From Nitrosopumilus sp. (lineage in GTDB: Archaea; Thermoproteota; Nitrososphaeria; Nitrososphaerales; Nitrosopumilaceae), in contig OZ245003.1 of NCBI GenBank assembly GCA_965223425.1, positions 1,600,001 to 1,664,000 on the forward strand: a stretch of DNA of 64,000 bases, written 5' to 3'. Position numbers and translations under genes: made by a program. Numbering within the stretch: the stretch's first letter is position 1; each line of letters starts with the position of its first letter. The notes beneath the pieces were generated by a model. That model did not search any database, was not told where the DNA came from, and saw only the letters and a list, made by a program, of their open reading frames with translations. This document shows, piece by piece, positions 58,870-64,000 of the stretch.

Positions 58870-61623
58870 GTGTTACAAATAATAATATTGGCAACGCTGA
58901 TAATTTCCGGACTGATCGCCACGGGCGTGGTTGTAAGCCACTCCATCACCACGTCATCTGATGCTGCGGAAATTTCGGCAGTTATTGACAACAAAAAGAC
59001 CTCGGAGAATATCGTTGCCAAGTTTGAGGGCGGTATCATCACCATGGAGAACCGGGGGCGGGACACCTCGGAGGTTGTGATGATGCGGTTCTATGACAAG
59101 GAGGGAACGGAGGTAAACAGGATGATTGTCCCTGACGGTTCCGGCCGCACTTTTGGAGCACACGTCGATGATAAAGAATCCCCAATTCCTCAGGAGAAGT
59201 CGGTACTGCGCCCACGTGTGCCACTTGAATTGCCTGATAACAAAGAATGGGATTCGGCGGAGGTTGTCACAAAGTACGGCAACGTGTTTCCGATTCAAAA
59301 AATTCAACATGATGATGATGGAGACGGAAAGGGTGGTGACGGAGATGGAGGTGGCGACGGAGACGGAGATGGTGACGGTGAGGGAGACAGCCCGGCCATG
59401 ATTGGCGGCATGTGGAATAACTCCAGGATAATCAATACAGAGTTTACAGATGCGTCCATAATTCACGGCACCGGCACAAGGGGAGCAGAGGAGTCGGCAA
59501 AGCCGTACATTCCAGTAGACGGCTCGACTGACTTTGCATCTCTGATAAAGTCATCTGACGGCAAGCAGACGTACAGCATCCCGGAGTTTTACAAAAAATA
59601 CAAGTTAGAGGGGGGGGATTTAATTGAAGAGACATCAAATTCGAACATCATTGTATACACAGACACTTTCAGCAACAGTGGCGTAAACGATATTAAGCAT
59701 ACTCTAAAGGATGGAATCACAGTATCGGGAACGGGAATGAGAACAATTAAAATAAATCACGTGGATGAAGCTGATTTTGTCTATAATGTAATGATGCCGG
59801 CCGGCGCATCCGTTGAACTTGTCGATTCACCAAACAATCTGGTCGAAAAAAGACATGACGGAACAGATTTCATCTTGTTTGAGGGTTCTGCGACGGGATC
59901 ACGGACAGATGAGAAAGTACATTATGAAGGATTTGTGGTTAACACCTGCGTTGAACGTTTGCCAGACGGTCGCTATCTCCATCCCCCCTTTGGTAATCTA
60001 ATAACACACGCTTGGATTCATCCATTAGTTTATTATAAAGTATATGAGTGTGGTGCGCACTATTTTCTCTTTTATGTTCATAAGGCACTTACTCCAATAA
60101 TACGGATAGATGATGTCTATGTGAAGGATTGGTACAGTGCCATACATGGAAATTTTTCAAGCACTGTAACGACTCCCAAGAGTACTGGCATAGGTAATTT
60201 TAGTAGTAGTGATTCTTGGACTGATATGATTTTCCAAGATGTTGGGACATATCCATATCCACCTCCATCAAAAAAATTATGGCCACCAGATATAGGAAGA
60301 GAAGCTCATGGTGAATATGATAAAATCACTAGTTTCTCACATGAATATATATTATACTTCCCTGAGCTGGACCCGTACGGCCAAGGGATTTTTGGTCATA
60401 CTGGTCATAAAGCTGTGGTCGCATTTGATATCATCATCAAAGAGGCAGAACCGTACAACTCCCTATTGAAACATACTGCATCCCAAGAAATGCGCTATAC
60501 AATGCCGGAAGGTGACTTGTACCTGATTGTGCAACCAAATGGCGGAGATGTCACAATCAAAGGTGCGATCAATCCATCCAACAATTTTATAGAAATCGCC
60601 GGACTGCCGCAAGACACACCATACAGGATAGTAAATGACGACAGGACAATAGCTGTAGGTATGACAAGCAGTTCAGGTAAGATTGCCGTCGAAGGCACAA
60701 TACCGGACCACTCATCCCTTGAAGGCGTGACACAGCTGCACCTGTACACGGACTCTTTGGTGTACAGTGGAGGGTTCGGCACAGTAATATTGGATGACCT
60801 GAATCACAACACACTCCGCATCGGCACGGAAGAGGATATCATATATACCGTGCACACGTACGCCCCTGTTCAGGTTGTCGGAAACGTGACAGTGTCAAAC
60901 CTGAAACTCGATGAAACCTTGCCAATCCCGTATCTTGACGGCGACTATTCCACGGGGGACGTGATCAACGTTCCGATAATTCCAGGATATGACGCGGTCC
61001 GTCTGGAAATTAACGGCAATCAGACACTGTGGCAATACTCCCACATATCAGGCGGGACGGGAATAAAAATAGCAGATTCATCCAGGTCCACAATCACCAA
61101 ATTAGACCTGTTTTCATCAATACATTCGGCCGAGGCAGTCACCGGTACAGTGGCGTATGCCATTGCCGCCGCAGATGGAACGCTAAAGGCGGAAATTACC
61201 GAGACAATTTCCGGCGACATTGAAATCAAAAACACATACAAATTGGAAAAGAACCCGCCACCTCCACCATCTCCAACAAAACGCGATCCGCTTGTGGGAT
61301 ACGTTGACATTTTTGTCAATCGCAAGAAAATAGATACAGAGAAACTTGGGACTAATCCAAATCCGGCATTTACTGCAACATCTACTAACAGTAGCCTGAC
61401 TGCCGTAAGGGGTGTGACATATACTTATCCCGATTACACATTGTCTGGTGCCGTCTCCGTTCCAGTCAAGGCCGGCGACCATGTAGAATTATACGTGTAT
61501 GCCAAGATTTACGGGGAAATTGACAGATATACAGTGCCTACAGGATACACGCTGCAGTCAAGTTATGGCGATTCGATAGCCACTGCCAAAATAACGTCCG
61601 CAAACATCACTACCGGAATGTAG
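58870..61623 (+). CDS. Large pilin-like/adhesin surface protein
   Basis: N-terminal hydrophobic helix, ITMENRG...VVTKYGNVF pilin-like domain, GD-rich linker and beta-rich body. Lies upstream of the prepilin peptidase. Confidence 0.6.
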   Translation: MLQIIILATLIISGLIATGVVVSHSITTSSDAAEISAVIDNKKTSENIVAKFEGGIITMENRGRDTSEVVMMRFYDKEGTEVNRMIVPDGSGRTFGAHVDDKESPIPQEKSVLRPRVPLELPDNKEWDSAEVVTKYGNVFPIQKIQHDDDGDGKGGDGDGGGDGDGDGDGEGDSPAMIGGMWNNSRIINTEFTDASIIHGTGTRGAEESAKPYIPVDGSTDFASLIKSSDGKQTYSIPEFYKKYKLEGGDLIEETSNSNIIVYTDTFSNSGVNDIKHTLKDGITVSGTGMRTIKINHVDEADFVYNVMMPAGASVELVDSPNNLVEKRHDGTDFILFEGSATGSRTDEKVHYEGFVVNTCVERLPDGRYLHPPFGNLITHAWIHPLVYYKVYECGAHYFLFYVHKALTPIIRIDDVYVKDWYSAIHGNFSSTVTTPKSTGIGNFSSSDSWTDMIFQDVGTYPYPPPSKKLWPPDIGREAHGEYDKITSFSHEYILYFPELDPYGQGIFGHTGHKAVVAFDIIIKEAEPYNSLLKHTASQEMRYTMPEGDLYLIVQPNGGDVTIKGAINPSNNFIEIAGLPQDTPYRIVNDDRTIAVGMTSSSGKIAVEGTIPDHSSLEGVTQLHLYTDSLVYSGGFGTVILDDLNHNTLRIGTEEDIIYTVHTYAPVQVVGNVTVSNLKLDETLPIPYLDGDYSTGDVINVPIIPGYDAVRLEINGNQTLWQYSHISGGTGIKIADSSRSTITKLDLFSSIHSAEAVTGTVAYAIAAADGTLKAEITETISGDIEIKNTYKLEKNPPPPPSPTKRDPLVGYVDIFVNRKKIDTEKLGTNPNPAFTATSTNSSLTAVRGVTYTYPDYTLSGAVSVPVKAGDHVELYVYAKIYGEIDRYTVPTGYTLQSSYGDSIATAKITSANITTGM

Positions 61624-61707
61624 ATACATATAGTCGCCATCCCATCACAAGATAACCCCCGCCAAATATGATTTCCCCCATTAAATACATCCCGCATACG
61701 AAATGGC

Positions 61708-62364
61708 ATGTATCTGGAACTGGCAATGCTTGCGCCGTTTGTCTTCTACTCCTGCCTTGACGTAAAAACCAGGAAGATAGGGCTCCACTGGTTTGTAATC
61801 CCATTCCTTGCAATTCTCATCTTCAAAATATTGACATCTGACATCACCATTACTGATGTAATGTTCTCAGCCATGCAGGCAGTGTTTGTTCTTGCGGCAT
61901 ATTTCACAAGGCTGTTCGGACCGGCAGACATGGCAGGAATGCTCCTGCTTTCCTTTGCAGTCCCGTTTGTAGGACCGTTCCCTGCGGCAGTCTCCGTGCT
62001 GGCACTCACCATAATTATCCAAAGTTTCGGAATAATCTCATCAAATATAATGTACAACCTGCAGGACATGTACCAGGACAGGACCCTATTCTACGACGTT
62101 CCACACCTCCAAAAGGCAAGGAGGATAAGGACCGTATACTGGTCTCTGATGGCCCGGCGCAGAAGGGAGAACGACAGATATGTGCTTTCGGCCCAAAGAA
62201 ATCAAAAGAACGGGGAGCTGCGCCTCGCACTCTCAAGAAAGAACACGGAGCTGTGTCACGATGACGACAAATACGTGTATTCGGCCCATCCGCAGTTTGT
62301 GTACATTACAGTGTCATATGCGCTCATCTTGTTTGTTGCGATGCAGTTCGGAGTCCTGATCTGA
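61708..62364 (+). CDS. A24-family prepilin/prearchaellin peptidase
   Basis: Multi-TM protein with SCLDVKTRKI and FGPAD (the two catalytic Asp), plus C-terminal PQFVYI. Confidence 0.78.
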   Translation: MYLELAMLAPFVFYSCLDVKTRKIGLHWFVIPFLAILIFKILTSDITITDVMFSAMQAVFVLAAYFTRLFGPADMAGMLLLSFAVPFVGPFPAAVSVLALTIIIQSFGIISSNIMYNLQDMYQDRTLFYDVPHLQKARRIRTVYWSLMARRRRENDRYVLSAQRNQKNGELRLALSRKNTELCHDDDKYVYSAHPQFVYITVSYALILFVAMQFGVLI

Positions 62365-63992
62365 TGTTTGGCAAGAAAAATCCAAAGAAGAAGGACGCAG
62401 GCGATGCCAAGGGAACAAAGAAAAAATTCTCCATAAGATCCATATTCCCCAAAAAGAAAAAGGACGCAAAGGATGCTGCTGACACGCAAAAAAAGAAGCA
62501 CGATGAAAAGAAAACAGGATCCGAGCCGGCAAAAAAGCTGTCACTCTCATCAGTCATGATAGACGACGGATACCTGCAGCAGTACAAGGTGGGCGAGGCG
62601 ACAGTCACAATATCCAAGGACCTAAAGTACTGCGTATTTGAGCCGCAGTTTATCGGCCAGGGAAAGTCCGCATACGAGCAGATAATGGCATACAAGAGAT
62701 TCACATCCTCATATGCCGACGAGGGCGGCAAGGCAAACAGCCTGGACTCGCTAATGAAATCGGCGGAGACAGCAGCTGCCGACCTCGGATTCACAAGGGA
62801 GTACATTGAGAACTATCGCACGTTCCAATACTACATCAGACGCAACGTCTTTGGGTTTGATCTGCTTGATGTCCTGATGCATGATCCAAAGCTGGAGGAC
62901 ATCACATGTTCCGACTATCGTGGGACAGTCGGCGTGATACACCAGGACTATCTGGACCGCCACGTCCTGCGGACCACGATCCAGTTTGACTCCAAGGAGC
63001 ACATGGAGTCATGGATGGAGAGGCAGGCAAACAGGGCGCAAAAGCACATCTCGACTGCGACCCCCACAGTAGACATGCAGATTGCAAACAAGTACCGCAT
63101 GTCACTGATAGCAAACGACATCATCTCGCCGAACTCTCCGGCAATCTCAGTCAGGATAAAGTCATCAACGCCGATAACCATAACGCATCTGCTAAACCAG
63201 AGGGCCATATCCCCGGAGACAGTCGCAGTAATCTGGGCGCTGCTGGATGTGAGGGGGACTGGGATGATAGTGGGCGGAACAGGCTCCGGCAAGACAAGCA
63301 CGATTGGCTCACTGCTTCCGCTTGTAAGAAAAAACGCAAAGATACTCACAATCGAGGACACCGCCGAGCTCCTGGTGCCGCATGAGGACTGGCTGCCACT
63401 GATAGTTGATGCCCCGATATCTTCAGAGAGATACTTTGTCAAATTCGAGGAGGTGCTCAATGCCGCACTGCGGCAGCGCCCCTACATGATCTCAGTGGGA
63501 GAGGTGCGCGGCAAGTCCACAAAGATGCTCTTTGATGCAATATCCACCGGACACTCCTCGCTCTCCTCGTTCCACGCGTATTCGGCGGCAGGTGCGGTGC
63601 AGCGAATCCAGGGGGAGATGGGTGTTCCTGCCGGGTCATTTACGGACTTGGGATTCATTCTGTCCATGGCAGAAGTCGTGACAAAAACCGGGTCCCTGGA
63701 ACGCCGCTGCGTCTCCTTTGACGAGGTCGGTTCGGACGGCAAAACAGTCTCGCTGATCAACCTTGGAAGGTATGACGCAGTAACTGACTCGTTTGCAGAC
63801 AATTCCATAGACTATATCATTAAACACAGCAGGCGGCTGAGGATGGCGTCCGCACGCGACGCGTCAACTGACATAAGGTCTGATCTGGAAATGAGAATCG
63901 ACCTTCTGTCCGAATGCCAGAAACAAAAGGCAGAGACGCCGCAGAAAGTCATGGAGATACTCTCACGGTACTATGAAAAAAAACGTCAGTAA
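62364..63992 (+). CDS. Type II/IV secretion system ATPase (VirB11/TadA/FlaI family)
   Basis: DPKLEDI, GGTGSGKTS, TIEDTAEL, LRQRP, GEVRG and STGH...SFHA. Confidence 0.92.
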   Translation: MFGKKNPKKKDAGDAKGTKKKFSIRSIFPKKKKDAKDAADTQKKKHDEKKTGSEPAKKLSLSSVMIDDGYLQQYKVGEATVTISKDLKYCVFEPQFIGQGKSAYEQIMAYKRFTSSYADEGGKANSLDSLMKSAETAAADLGFTREYIENYRTFQYYIRRNVFGFDLLDVLMHDPKLEDITCSDYRGTVGVIHQDYLDRHVLRTTIQFDSKEHMESWMERQANRAQKHISTATPTVDMQIANKYRMSLIANDIISPNSPAISVRIKSSTPITITHLLNQRAISPETVAVIWALLDVRGTGMIVGGTGSGKTSTIGSLLPLVRKNAKILTIEDTAELLVPHEDWLPLIVDAPISSERYFVKFEEVLNAALRQRPYMISVGEVRGKSTKMLFDAISTGHSSLSSFHAYSAAGAVQRIQGEMGVPAGSFTDLGFILSMAEVVTKTGSLERRCVSFDEVGSDGKTVSLINLGRYDAVTDSFADNSIDYIIKHSRRLRMASARDASTDIRSDLEMRIDLLSECQKQKAETPQKVMEILSRYYEKKRQ

Positions 63993-64000
63993 CAGGACGG

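Noticed and set aside
59320-59390. GGAGAC/GGTGAC-type short repeats
   Set aside because: They simply encode a Gly-Asp low-complexity linker.
58870-61623. Diversity-generating retroelement target
   Set aside because: No reverse transcriptase and no template/variable repeat pair differing at adenines was seen in the window.
1-64000. Numerous short antisense or nested ORFs in the track; tRNA/rRNA genes
   Set aside because: The short ORFs are shadows of well-supported genes with no motifs of their own. No tRNA cloverleaf or rRNA-like sequence was recognised by eye, and tRNAscan-SE/Infernal would be needed to exclude them.

Overview
The window looks like part of a large archaeal mobile element (plasmid, ICE or provirus-like). 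The host is most likely in Nitrososphaeria (Thaumarchaeota), judged from TFB homologues, archaeal PriL and PolB, and cupredoxin, Zn-finger and surface-protein families typical of that group. From left to right: (i) TFB plus an R2K/CDC123-like ATP-grasp gene; (ii) a replication cassette of two D5/P4-type SF3 helicases, an origin-like AT-rich region with inverted repeats and nine perfect 54-bp tandem repeats, PolB, an XPD/DinG helicase and PriL; (iii) a DNA methyltransferase, Zn-finger genes, a nuclease, a SNF2 helicase and surface proteins; (iv) a roughly 24-kb defence/modification island. The island has two oppositely oriented paralogous Type IIG-like restriction-modification genes, both frameshifted at the same poly-G tract (G10 and G12; G11 restores the frame). 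Between them lie a 58-bp palindrome, a second TFB-like gene, a complete dndBCDEA phosphorothioation cluster and an unfamiliar ParB/ParB-HTH/beta-CASP/HEPN operon where dndFGH or pbeABCD would be expected. (v) The right part has conjugation and pilus genes (PrgI-like, VirB6-like, pilin-like, prepilin peptidase, secretion ATPase) mixed with further RM genes, pseudogenes and an intact ISH3-like insertion sequence. No rRNA, tRNA or CRISPR array was seen. All family calls come from motif recognition by eye, not database searches.
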